A stretch of DNA of 32,000 nucleotides, taken from contig NZ_LT934425.1 of assembly GCF_900232105.1 (NCBI RefSeq), forward strand, positions 1,020,001 through 1,052,000, in the 5' to 3' direction. The position numbers and the translations under genes were made by a program. Every line of letters begins with the position of its first letter. The stretch's first letter is position 1. Positions 9,687 through 19,081 of this stretch are shown here, one piece after another. The notes beneath the pieces were generated by a model. It did no database searches, was not told where the DNA came from, and saw nothing but the letters and a program-made list of their open reading frames with translations. The stretch is from Candidatus Kuenenia stuttgartensis. Lineage in GTDB: Bacteria; Planctomycetota; Brocadiia; Brocadiales; Brocadiaceae.

Positions 9687-12017
9687 TTATTGAGAAGTTC
9701 TGTTTTTTATTGTTGTGTTATTTGCACTATTCTCTGTATTGGGCATTACTTCAAACATGTTTTTAATGGATTTCCGAAATGGTTTAAATGGAACCGGGTG
9801 GATTTCAGGATCAGAGATAGTGCCTTTAATCTCCACAACAGTCAATTGTTTTCGTACGCCGCCTACAACAAAATCGAATAAATTTCCAATTAAGGGGAGT
9901 TGAGAAAAGAAGCCCTTCTCAAAACCTGTGACAACAGTTACGCCAAGTGTTCCATTAAGACCAATGTCGCCTTTTCCCACAAGATCTACCGTATCGCTGG
10001 AAATAATGCCCTCGATAATATTAACAACATTGTCTTTGACGGAAAAATTGAGTTTTGCGGTATCAAAGGTTTCCTTTTGGGGTAGTCTTAAATTGAAAAA
10101 TTTGAAAATGTTAAGAATTATAGGAATGTCTGAAAGATATCCATTGGTGATGTTAATTTGTCCTTCAGCATAAAAATCCTTCAGGTCGCTGCCGTACCCA
10201 TGGTACTTAACCCTTCCGTCGAGAATACCTGAAAGCTGTTTTCCTTCAAGATTAAATTTTTTTACGAATTCTTCCAATACGATTCTTGAAAATGTCAATT
10301 CGCCTTCATATTTGTAAGGCTCAGTGTTTGTTTTAATGGAAATGGAGCCATCTACGTTCCCGCCCCAGCAATTAGCGTTGATGTGCTTGCTGTAAAGTTG
10401 TTCTTTGTTGATATCCAACCTCCCGTCAATTCCCCATAAGGCAAATTTATACGTATCGTTTCTGATTTCAAAGTCTTTTAAGTTAACTTCCACCGTATAA
10501 TCGTTTCTTTCTGCTTCCTTAAATCCCTGGAAAACAACCGTAAGGTTTGCTTTACCACGAGGGTTAAGGATATCCCATAACTTTTGCTTAATGGCGGTTT
10601 TTTCGCTTAATATATTCAAAAAATTTTCTGTAACAACTACGTTAGGGATGTTAACATTCAACATTTTCCTTTCAGTTTCTATGTTATATATGCCATTTAT
10701 TTCCATAAAGATGTGCTGGTTGTCGTATTTAAGAAAACCACTGGTATTTTTTAATAGAATAATATTATTGCAGAATTTAATGGGGCCATTTATATACGAC
10801 AGGGGAAATGGCATTTCCGGAGAATTGACAGCAACATCCTTGCAATCGGCCACTAAAAAAATGTTGCCATTTGTATCCTCTCCTTCACTGTATTGAAATG
10901 TTATGTCTGCAAAGCCGGTAGGTTGGAGTTTCGACCACACTTCTTTACCAAAACGAGGGATATTTTCAAGAAAATGTTTATTTATGAAAAGGTTGGGAAC
11001 ATTTGCCACAATTATTTTTTCTTTACCGGAAAGATTGACGGTTCCTTTCAGATCAACCTGTGACGTATAGTCACCGTTTTTGATGTATGCTGTGATATTA
11101 CTGATGTATAGTGTATTGTTGCTCATCTTCAGGACACCGTTCACATTAGAAGCGGGGAGAGACAAATCTTTATATATTGCATTCAGCGCGTTGAGGTGAA
11201 TCGTAACGTCATAGTCAATTTTCTCCTGGTTATTTTTATTGTTAAAGCTGGCAATGCAGGAGAAATTGACCTTTCCCTCCGGTTGATACTCATCCCATAT
11301 ATGTTTTCCATAAAAAGGGAACAGGCAGAGAAATTCTTCGTTCAGGGTCATATTATGCGCGTCTAATGTAATGCTCAGGGCTGGTATGTCCGGGCACATT
11401 TTCATAGAGAAAGAATAATTCCCCATATGTTCATCGGCGATGGTTCCTCTGGCAGTGATATTTTCGAAGGAACCGGCAAACGGCATAAACGAAATATTGA
11501 TTCCCGAGAGTTTAATTTCCGGGTTGCGTAATTCAGGGTTTTCCTTGATGTGAACTTTTAAACCGCGGGCTTCAATTCCATTGTGTAATACATCAGAAAA
11601 AAGGGGCAGATTCGCATTTTCAAAACCTTCTTTTATACCATCCAAAAGTTCCCAAATGCCGGCGGGTTTTTCTACAGTTAATTCCGGGTTGATAGCAATA
11701 ATTTTAACAACATTGAATTCTTTCTTAAGCAAACGTTTCAGATCATATTCGATTACTACCTTCTGGCATTTAAAAAACTTGTTCTGCATTATTCCGGATT
11801 TGCCGGAGAGGAAGATATCTTCGAGGAGAATACCTTCTGCAAAATTAAAGTGCGCCCTTTCAATATGTATATCGCCAAGATTTTGAAAGGCGTCTAATAT
11901 CCTGCCTTTTATAGCCTCGTCCGAAGTTAGTTTGCTAATGAAAATATATCCGGCAATGCCGGCGCCTGCAATGATTAACGAAAAGCAAACAAATATAATA
12001 AATACTATTTTTTTCAT
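9687..12017 (-). CDS. AsmA-like / translocation-and-assembly-type large envelope protein
   Basis: Intact 776 aa ORF with N-terminal membrane anchor, repeated beta-rich segments and AsmA-like C-terminal region (GDIGLNGTLGVTVVTGFEKGFFSQLPLIGNLFDFVVGGVRKQLTVVEIKGTISDPEIHPVPFKP). Confidence 0.75.
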   Translation of the reverse strand: MKKIVFIIFVCFSLIIAGAGIAGYIFISKLTSDEAIKGRILDAFQNLGDIHIERAHFNFAEGILLEDIFLSGKSGIMQNKFFKCQKVVIEYDLKRLLKKEFNVVKIIAINPELTVEKPAGIWELLDGIKEGFENANLPLFSDVLHNGIEARGLKVHIKENPELRNPEIKLSGINISFMPFAGSFENITARGTIADEHMGNYSFSMKMCPDIPALSITLDAHNMTLNEEFLCLFPFYGKHIWDEYQPEGKVNFSCIASFNNKNNQEKIDYDVTIHLNALNAIYKDLSLPASNVNGVLKMSNNTLYISNITAYIKNGDYTSQVDLKGTVNLSGKEKIIVANVPNLFINKHFLENIPRFGKEVWSKLQPTGFADITFQYSEGEDTNGNIFLVADCKDVAVNSPEMPFPLSYINGPIKFCNNIILLKNTSGFLKYDNQHIFMEINGIYNIETERKMLNVNIPNVVVTENFLNILSEKTAIKQKLWDILNPRGKANLTVVFQGFKEAERNDYTVEVNLKDFEIRNDTYKFALWGIDGRLDINKEQLYSKHINANCWGGNVDGSISIKTNTEPYKYEGELTFSRIVLEEFVKKFNLEGKQLSGILDGRVKYHGYGSDLKDFYAEGQINITNGYLSDIPIILNIFKFFNLRLPQKETFDTAKLNFSVKDNVVNIIEGIISSDTVDLVGKGDIGLNGTLGVTVVTGFEKGFFSQLPLIGNLFDFVVGGVRKQLTVVEIKGTISDPEIHPVPFKPFRKSIKNMFEVMPNTENSANNTTIKNRTSQ

Positions 12018-12358
12018 GAAAGCGATGTGTTATTCATAGAGACGTATGTGGTGCGCAATAAGTTTTTCTACAGTCCACAGTTACTACCTTCGCAGTAATT
12101 TCTTTGCACTTTTTGGCAAAATATTTACTGGTGAAATCCGAAATACGAAACCAGAAATACGAAACAAATTCTAATGACAAAATGATTTGAAATTCTAATC
12201 AAATGCCTCTTTTGTATCTTGCATTTCGTGCTTCATAATTGTTGTATGTTTTGGATTTGTTTTAAATTTTATGCTTTATTATTCGGATTTGTTTCGTATT
12301 TCGTATTTCGTATTTCGTATTTTTTATTTCTCGCTTATTTGATTCTGGCTATGCCAGC

Positions 12359-13405
12359 TTAGGCGATAGTCAGTTTTTTCACGGGTCTTCTTAACTCCAG
12401 GGGGTCAATGCCCTCCTTCATTGCAGCAAGGAGACCGCCTGTTTCCCAGTAATTTTCTGCAACGATCACATTCTTCATTCGTAAAATATCCGGAGTGGCT
12501 TTCATCACCGTCGTGTTTTCCTTTACCGCAATTATAGGTATCCCCCATTTTTGTGCGGCAAGGGCAGGAATACCGCCCATGCAGGTATAGGGAAGAATAA
12601 TTGCATCGACATCATTAACTCTCACATCCCCACCCTGTGTAACGAGTCTGGGCGCCCTGTCCAGTCCGCGCAAAACGCTTCCAAGATATGCAGGGCCTAT
12701 TGCTTCTGCTGCCGCCCTTGGATCAACCGTTCCGCTATGCGTTTCCCGGTAAATTTCATATTTGCTCAATAACGGGGCGTGCGCTGCGGGCAACCCAAAC
12801 GTGGCAGAGACCAGATGAGAAACCACGGCTTCTGCTCCTCCATAGGGATTTGCCCCTTTTCCATCAAAGTATGCCTTTAAATCCTTCATATCAATTTTAA
12901 TATTGAGCGAAATCGCCAGCGCCTGAGCGCCCTGCTTTATTGCTTCCCTGCAAGCCTCAATAAGCGTCTGTTCGTGTTCAATTTCTCCCACGAAAGAATT
13001 ACTTTTTGTTTTTACCGCCTGCGTCATCGTCTCCTTTTTTGTTTTAAGCACGCAGACTATTTCCACTCCCCCGACAGTCCTCAAAGCGTTGATTGTATTT
13101 ACCGCCAGATCATATCCCTCTGTTTCTATTCCCTTGTCTAACACAACCCCGATCTTATTCTTTTCCACTTCCTTCAGTTCCGCTTCACCCTTGAAAAATC
13201 TATCCAGGGAATATCCTTCAACGTAGAGAACGTTTCTTCCCGCAAGGTTAAGCACAACTCCGTTGACGACGTTCGGATGAGAAATCACCTTATCGGCAAT
13301 CGACGCAATCATGTTGGTTGCGGGCGTGGCATCTCCAACGTATCCGCCAATATCCGCCCCCACGCCTGTAGGGATAATGTGCGCCACAACAAACTGGTTA
13401 GCCAT
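12359..13405 (-). CDS. DUF3326-like conserved protein of unknown function
   Basis: Intact 348 aa ORF, MANQFVVAHIIPTGVGADIGGYVGDATPATNMIASIADKVISHPNVVNGVVLNLAGRNVLYVEGYSLDRFFKG, recalled as the DUF3326 pattern; database search needed. Confidence 0.72.
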   Translation of the reverse strand: MANQFVVAHIIPTGVGADIGGYVGDATPATNMIASIADKVISHPNVVNGVVLNLAGRNVLYVEGYSLDRFFKGEAELKEVEKNKIGVVLDKGIETEGYDLAVNTINALRTVGGVEIVCVLKTKKETMTQAVKTKSNSFVGEIEHEQTLIEACREAIKQGAQALAISLNIKIDMKDLKAYFDGKGANPYGGAEAVVSHLVSATFGLPAAHAPLLSKYEIYRETHSGTVDPRAAAEAIGPAYLGSVLRGLDRAPRLVTQGGDVRVNDVDAIILPYTCMGGIPALAAQKWGIPIIAVKENTTVMKATPDILRMKNVIVAENYWETGGLLAAMKEGIDPLELRRPVKKLTIA

Positions 13406-13631
13406 GTATACCCCCGCCGGTTTTTCTTTTCGTCACGGTATCATTCACCATAATTGCGGCGTCAACGATCAGGTCTTCCCCGATTACCTCTACAATGGCA
13501 AATCTCAGTACTTCACCTGTTAGTGTATTATTGAAATGCTCCTGAAGGTATTCAAGCAGTTGCGTGCAGTCAACGCCGTTCCTGGGGATTTTTATTCTCT
13601 TTGAAACTACCATACGTATATTATCCTTCAA
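13398..13631 (-). CDS. Small conserved hypothetical protein, start of a two-gene unit with the DUF3326-like gene
   Basis: 77 aa ORF overlapping the downstream gene by 8 nt, suggesting translational coupling. Confidence 0.55.
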   Translation of the reverse strand: MKDNIRMVVSKRIKIPRNGVDCTQLLEYLQEHFNNTLTGEVLRFAIVEVIGEDLIVDAAIMVNDTVTKRKTGGGIHG

Positions 13632-13759
13632 TAAAGCCTTGTAAAAACAAAAGTAGTCTGTAGTCTATGGCAAAAAGAGTAAAGGGGTTGTTTTTCAGGA
13701 GATAGAAGTACTCTGTCGTTTTTTGAAAACATAGGGGCGAAGCATTTGACGTATCTTCA

Positions 13760-13881
13760 TTAGGCACTTAGGCACTGTAAATAAATAAAGGTATCAAGTA
13801 GATCAATTTCATGCTCTGGAAACATGCAATCAAGGCTTCAAAGTGAGACGTTAATTTATTTACAGCGCCTTAGCGCCTAAA
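13760..13881. repeat. Imperfect inverted repeat TTAGGCACTTAGGCACTGTAAATAAA / TTTATTTACAGCGCCTTAGCGCCTAAA
   Basis: Left arm 13760-13785, right arm 13855-13881, each with an internal duplicated AGGCRCT unit. Confidence 0.75.
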
Positions 13882-14189
13882 TATCGACAATTTTTTGTCG
13901 ATATACCAAAGCATCTAAATTCGAATATCGAAATTCGAAACAATACAGAAACTCAAAATACAAACGTTCAAAACCACTCAACTATTATGGTTTTGGTCAT
14001 TTCAAATTTTGTTTTTTTGGGATTTGTTTAGAATTTCAAATCATTTTGTCATTAGGATTTGTTTCGGATTTCGTGTTTCGTATTTCATATTTTTTATCTC
14101 ATGCTTGTCTGGTTCTAACGATGCCTATTTAGGAATTTCAATGTAAAAAACATCGTTTTGATTGAAATGAAAATTACCGGTGAAATTCA

Positions 14190-14687
14190 CTACGACTCTG
14201 AATGGATAATGTCTTCGCTTTTATATTGAGTTTGTTTGAATTCTGTGAAAACTTCCATTTTGCCATGTTCGGTGCTAATCCTGACAAATTCCGGACGTAG
14301 TACACCATAAACACATCTTAAAACGTCTCCCCTCGAGATTACTCCCACAGGGACCATATCTTTGACAACGGGAATACGAATAATCGCTTCCTTTGCCATT
14401 ATATGAATCACCTTTTCAATTGTAGTATCTTCTTCTACACAAATAGGCTTTTTGGTCATGATATCCTCTGCCGTTACCTGTTCCAGACTTTTTCCCTGAT
14501 CCATTGCTTTTATAAGATCAAATTCAGTTATTATTCCAACAACCTCATTATTATTATTTACGACAGGCATTCCGCTAAAATTGCCGGTCAATAATTTTTC
14601 GGCCAAAGATCTTCCAAGTGTTTCTTTTTTAGCCGCAGTGATTGTTTTCCTCATAACATCCTTTGCCATAATAACGTCTGTAACCAT
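14190..14687 (-). CDS. CBS-domain-pair protein
   Basis: 165 aa: VTDVIMAKDVMRKTITA...GNFSGMPVVNNNNEVVGIITEFDLIKAM...VTAEDIMTKKPICVEEDTTIEKVIHIMAKEAIIRIPVVKDMVPVGVISRGDVLR. Confidence 0.9.
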   Translation of the reverse strand: MVTDVIMAKDVMRKTITAAKKETLGRSLAEKLLTGNFSGMPVVNNNNEVVGIITEFDLIKAMDQGKSLEQVTAEDIMTKKPICVEEDTTIEKVIHIMAKEAIIRIPVVKDMVPVGVISRGDVLRCVYGVLRPEFVRISTEHGKMEVFTEFKQTQYKSEDIIHSES

Positions 14688-14822
14688 AATAGTTGTCTCC
14701 TTTCGAAATTTAATAAGATTTTATAAAAATAATATTTTTCATCTGCACTGTAAGTAAAAGAAAATGTATGTCTTAAATTACCATAAAATTAGTCGGGATT
14801 TTCCATGCAGTGCGTAGCTATG

Positions 14823-16736
14823 CTATGCATTATTAAGTATTTTTTCCACATCTTCTTTTTCAAGGGTTTCTTCTTTAATGAGTGCTTCTGCCAGTTTTTC
14901 AAGAGAGGATTGGTTGTTTTTTAGAATTTCTGATGCCCTTGCCTCTGCTTCCAGTATTATCTTTTGTATTTCCTGATCCATAAGCCATGCCATATCCTCG
15001 CTGTAACGCTTTTGAAATGCGAGCTCCCTTCCTAAAAATGGATGATCTTCTCCCCGCCCAAGGCTAAGGGGGCCTATTTTGTCGCTCATGCCCCATTGCG
15101 CAACCATTTTCTCGGCAAGTGCGGTAGCCTCTTTGAGATCATTTTGTGCGCCGGTGCTTACGTCGTTAAAAATCAACTTTTCCGCACATCGTCCGGCAAG
15201 TGCAACGGTGAGTTTGTTCACCAGGTATTGTTTCGGATAATAGTGACGGTCTTCTTCCGGTAGTATTTGCGTTACCCCCATTGCCAATCCTCTTGGGACG
15301 ATGCTTACTTTATGTATGGGATCTGTTCCGGGCAGCTTGATTGATACAAGCGTGTGCCCTGCCTCATGATACGCGGTAATACGTTTTTCCAAATCGTTGA
15401 TTATTTCTTCCCTGACAGTACCCATAAGTATCTTGTCTCTCGCGTCATCGAAGTCTTCGTTGTTGATGGTTTTTTTCTTTTTACGCACAGCGATAAGGGC
15501 GGCTTCATTTGCAAGATTTTCGAGGTCTGCACCCGTCATACCCGGGGTTCCTCTGGCGATCTTCTCAAGATCAACCTTATCGGCAAGTTTCTTGTTTCTG
15601 ACGTGAACTTCAAGGATTTTTCTACGTTCCTTCCATCCAGGCTTATCAATTACCAACTGCCTGTCGAATCTGCCCGGCCTGAGAAGCGCCGGATCAAGCA
15701 CGTCTGGCCGGTTTGTAGCGGCCATTACAATTACTTCCGTGTGAGGGTCAAAGCCGTCCATTTCTGACAAAAGCTGGTTTAATGTCTGTTCCCGTTCGTC
15801 GTGTCCACCCCCAAACCCTGCTCCGCGGGTTCTCCCCACGGCATCGATTTCGTCAATAAAGATAATGCTCGGATGCGCGTCTTTTGCCTTTTTAAACATA
15901 TCCCTGACGCGTGCTGCCCCCACACCTACAAACATCTCGATAAATTCCGATGCGCTGATGCTGTAAAATGGCACACCTGCCTCTCCTGCAGTTGCCCTGG
16001 CGAGGAGTGTTTTCCCCGTTCCAGGCGGGCCTATAAGCAGTACGCCCTTTGGCACTTTTGCCCCGATCTTTTCAAATTTGCCAGGATCTTTAAGGAATTC
16101 TATCACCTCTGTCAATTCCTTTTTCACATTATCCATGCCGGCCACTTCACAGTATGTGACCTTTGGCTTTTTTACATCAAAAAGAGTCGCCTTACTCTGC
16201 CCAAAAGTAAAGAGTCCCCCCGCTCCGCCTCCCACCTGCCTTGCACCTCTCATTACAAGCATCCAAACGCCTATGATGATTACCCACGGAAGAATGCCAA
16301 TAAGAAACTGCCAGAAAAATGAGCCTTCTTCGGAAGATTCGACGCGTATTTCCACACGCCTGCTCCTGAGTTTTTCTATCAATCCCTCTCCCTGGAAAGT
16401 GGGCAGTTGCGTTTTAAAGTCTTTTACGGAAGTTGGTTCCTGGTCTTTGTGCAGCGGAATAAGCGCTTCGTTATAGAATTGACCTGCAATGTGTAATTTT
16501 TTTATGGTAACGGAAGAGATATTGCCCGCGTCCAGTTGTTCCAGGAATTGACTATAAGCAATGGTATGACGAACAGGCACTGAGGTGGAAATGGAATATC
16601 GCTGAAGCATATATATGGCGATAAAAAACAGTGCGAAGATGATGAGTACTTTCCATTGCGGAGACGGCGTAAAAGATTTCGTTTTCTGGTCTTTTTTCAT
16701 AAGACTATATGTTATCTGAATATGTGATATTGTCAA
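14823..16736 (-). CDS. ftsH: ATP-dependent zinc metalloprotease FtsH
   Basis: 637 aa; Walker [26 protein letters not shown] region [19 protein letters not shown], zinc site [11 protein letters not shown]. Confidence 0.98.
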   Translation of the reverse strand: MTISHIQITYSLMKKDQKTKSFTPSPQWKVLIIFALFFIAIYMLQRYSISTSVPVRHTIAYSQFLEQLDAGNISSVTIKKLHIAGQFYNEALIPLHKDQEPTSVKDFKTQLPTFQGEGLIEKLRSRRVEIRVESSEEGSFFWQFLIGILPWVIIIGVWMLVMRGARQVGGGAGGLFTFGQSKATLFDVKKPKVTYCEVAGMDNVKKELTEVIEFLKDPGKFEKIGAKVPKGVLLIGPPGTGKTLLARATAGEAGVPFYSISASEFIEMFVGVGAARVRDMFKKAKDAHPSIIFIDEIDAVGRTRGAGFGGGHDEREQTLNQLLSEMDGFDPHTEVIVMAATNRPDVLDPALLRPGRFDRQLVIDKPGWKERRKILEVHVRNKKLADKVDLEKIARGTPGMTGADLENLANEAALIAVRKKKKTINNEDFDDARDKILMGTVREEIINDLEKRITAYHEAGHTLVSIKLPGTDPIHKVSIVPRGLAMGVTQILPEEDRHYYPKQYLVNKLTVALAGRCAEKLIFNDVSTGAQNDLKEATALAEKMVAQWGMSDKIGPLSLGRGEDHPFLGRELAFQKRYSEDMAWLMDQEIQKIILEAEARASEILKNNQSSLEKLAEALIKEETLEKEDVEKILNNA

Positions 16737-17070
16737 CCATTTAATTTTCGCAATTATTCACCCAACGAGGGTATTTTACACATAAGCGCTAAGTTAAAAT
16801 TACGGATTAATTTAACCGTGTAATGAATAATAAATATCTAACAATGAACCTGGTGTCTTTATATATTTCGCAAAATAATCTCACTATAGTTTACCAGCAA
16901 TTACATTGAATTTTAATATGTTTTTTGCATATAATCTGTAATTATTTCTCCTTTTTCAAGATACCAAACTGATTCAGGAATAAGTGTTTTTTTTACCTGG
17001 TGGTATCTTGCCGTCTCGTTTTGACAAGAGATGAATTTGAACGGCTTTTGTTATACAGGGAGTACTTTAA

Positions 17071-18261
17071 ATGAATAATATGGTAAAAGACATTGAAAAA
17101 TACATGCAAAATGAAGCAAATGAAATTATAAATTTTGCGTGTAAACTAATAAATACAAAAACCGAAAATCCTCCGGGCAATGAAATTTTGGCCGTTTCGG
17201 TAGTGGAGAAATATTTCAAGCGGCTGAAGATTCCTTACGAAATATTTGAAAAAACGAAGAGCAGGACAAATATTATTGGATATATTGGCGAAAGAGAAAG
17301 ATCGAGGGAGCGCCCTTCATTGCTGGCAGCATGCCATTTGGACGTTGTGCCTGCAGGCGATGGCTGGCAGAGCGACCCCTTTTGCGCACATGTTAAAAAC
17401 GGGAGGATTTTTGGCAGGGGTTCTTCTGACAATAAAGGCCAAATGGCTTCTATGATGGCAGTGGCAAAGTATCTCAAGGAAAATGAATCCGGGCTAAAAG
17501 GCCTGTTTTTGCTGGCAGGTGTTGCCGACGAAGAAAGGGGTTCAGCATTAGGCATGGAGTATTTGCTTGATGAATGCGGCATACATGCCGATTATGCCAT
17601 TATCCCCGACGTGGCGAATAATATGCAAATGATTGACGTGACGGAGAAGGGGGCATTGTTTCTGGAAATAACTTCATTTGGCAAGCAGGCACACGGTTCC
17701 ACTCCGGAGAGGGGTATAAATGCGGTATGGAATATGATCGCCTTCTTAAACCAAATCAGGCATTACAAATTCAGACATGCCTTTCATCCATTGCATTCCC
17801 CTCCAACAATGAATCTGGGATCGATCCATGGCGGAACGGTAGCAAATACGGTGCCTGCCATCTGCAAGGCGCAAATAGACCTGCGCTATTTGCCGGGAGA
17901 TTCGCCTACTGATATTATCAATGACATAAGGAGCATTATGAAGGAGGTCGAAGATCAGCATTCCGCAAGATTTGAATTAAAAATCACGTCTGACCAGCCC
18001 TCTACAAACATTCCTGTCGATAACCCGCTTATAGAAATAATTACAAAACATACGGAGGCAATCTTAGGGACAAAACCGAAGCCTATGGGGCAATCAGGCT
18101 CTACGGTGACGAAACAGCTTATACAAAAGGGTATTACTGCCGTGGGGTTCGGGCCTGGTGACCATGACGAGGCCCATGCCGCAAATGAGTCGATAAGTAT
18201 TCAGGAATTAATCGATTTCGCAAAGATTATGGCACTTATTTCATGGGATATTTTGACGTAA
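17071..18261 (+). CDS. M20-family metallopeptidase / ArgE-DapE-like deacylase
   Basis: LLAACHLDVVPAGDGWQSDPFCAHVKNGRIFGRGSSDNKGQ metal-binding motif and GTANTVPAICKAQIDLRYLPGD. Confidence 0.9.
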   Translation: MNNMVKDIEKYMQNEANEIINFACKLINTKTENPPGNEILAVSVVEKYFKRLKIPYEIFEKTKSRTNIIGYIGERERSRERPSLLAACHLDVVPAGDGWQSDPFCAHVKNGRIFGRGSSDNKGQMASMMAVAKYLKENESGLKGLFLLAGVADEERGSALGMEYLLDECGIHADYAIIPDVANNMQMIDVTEKGALFLEITSFGKQAHGSTPERGINAVWNMIAFLNQIRHYKFRHAFHPLHSPPTMNLGSIHGGTVANTVPAICKAQIDLRYLPGDSPTDIINDIRSIMKEVEDQHSARFELKITSDQPSTNIPVDNPLIEIITKHTEAILGTKPKPMGQSGSTVTKQLIQKGITAVGFGPGDHDEAHAANESISIQELIDFAKIMALISWDILT

Positions 18262-18322
18262 AGCACAATCGAGGCCCGTTCAGGCAACTGAATAGTTACA
18301 ATAATATTTTTATAATACGACC

Positions 18323-19069
18323 ATGAAAACATACGTAATGATACCAACTTATAACGAAAGAGAAAACATCGGGAAATTAATTCTGGAAATATTGCATCTG
18401 GAGATTCCTGATTTGCATGTTGTAGTGGTTGACGATAACTCTCCTGACGGCACCGCCGGCGAAGTGAAAAAATATGCAACGATGCATCCGGAGGTTGAAT
18501 TGCTCCTGAGAACAACAAATAGGGGGAGAGGTTCAGCGGGCGTTGCCGGCTTTCAATATACACTGGATCACGGGGCAGAGTGTGTAGTGGAAATGGACGC
18601 TGATTTTTCACACCATCCGAGATATATTCCTGATATGCTTAATGCCATACAGAACGCTGACCTGGTAATCGGGTCAAGGTTTGTGAGCGGAGGCAGGGAT
18701 GTAAACAGAGGGATTGTTCGCAGGCTGGTAACATTCCTCGCCGGAGTCTATGTCAGGATTTTACTGGGACTAAAAATAAACGATGTTTCTTCCGGTTATC
18801 GATGTTTCAGGAGAAAGGTCTTGGAGGATATTCAGTTGGATTCCATGATTTCGACAGGCCCTTCCATTGTATCTGAAGTATTCTACAAAGCTCATGTGAA
18901 AGGGTTTTCCATCAGGGAAATACCTATAGAATTTGAAGACCGAATCCACGGTGAAACAAAACTGAATTATAAAGTACTATTGAAAACATTGCTTATGGTT
19001 TTGAAATTCAAACGACTGCACAAAAAAGGGTTGTTGTTTAAGACTTCGGGGAAAAGCCTGGAAATATAG
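18323..19069 (+). CDS. Polyprenol monophosphomannose synthase-like family 2 glycosyltransferase (DPM1 type)
   Basis: MIPTYNERENIGKLILEIL...VVVDDNSPDGTAGEVK...VVEMDADFSHHPRYIPDM...NDVSSGYRCFRRKVLE. Confidence 0.9.
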   Translation: MKTYVMIPTYNERENIGKLILEILHLEIPDLHVVVVDDNSPDGTAGEVKKYATMHPEVELLLRTTNRGRGSAGVAGFQYTLDHGAECVVEMDADFSHHPRYIPDMLNAIQNADLVIGSRFVSGGRDVNRGIVRRLVTFLAGVYVRILLGLKINDVSSGYRCFRRKVLEDIQLDSMISTGPSIVSEVFYKAHVKGFSIREIPIEFEDRIHGETKLNYKVLLKTLLMVLKFKRLHKKGLLFKTSGKSLEI

Positions 19070-19081
19070 AGACGTAATCGA

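Noticed and set aside
15354-15767. Plus-strand ORFs opposite ftsH (also 15042-15263, 15801-16322, 16078-16476)
   Set aside because: Overlap a clear ftsH in antisense and show no recognisable domains.
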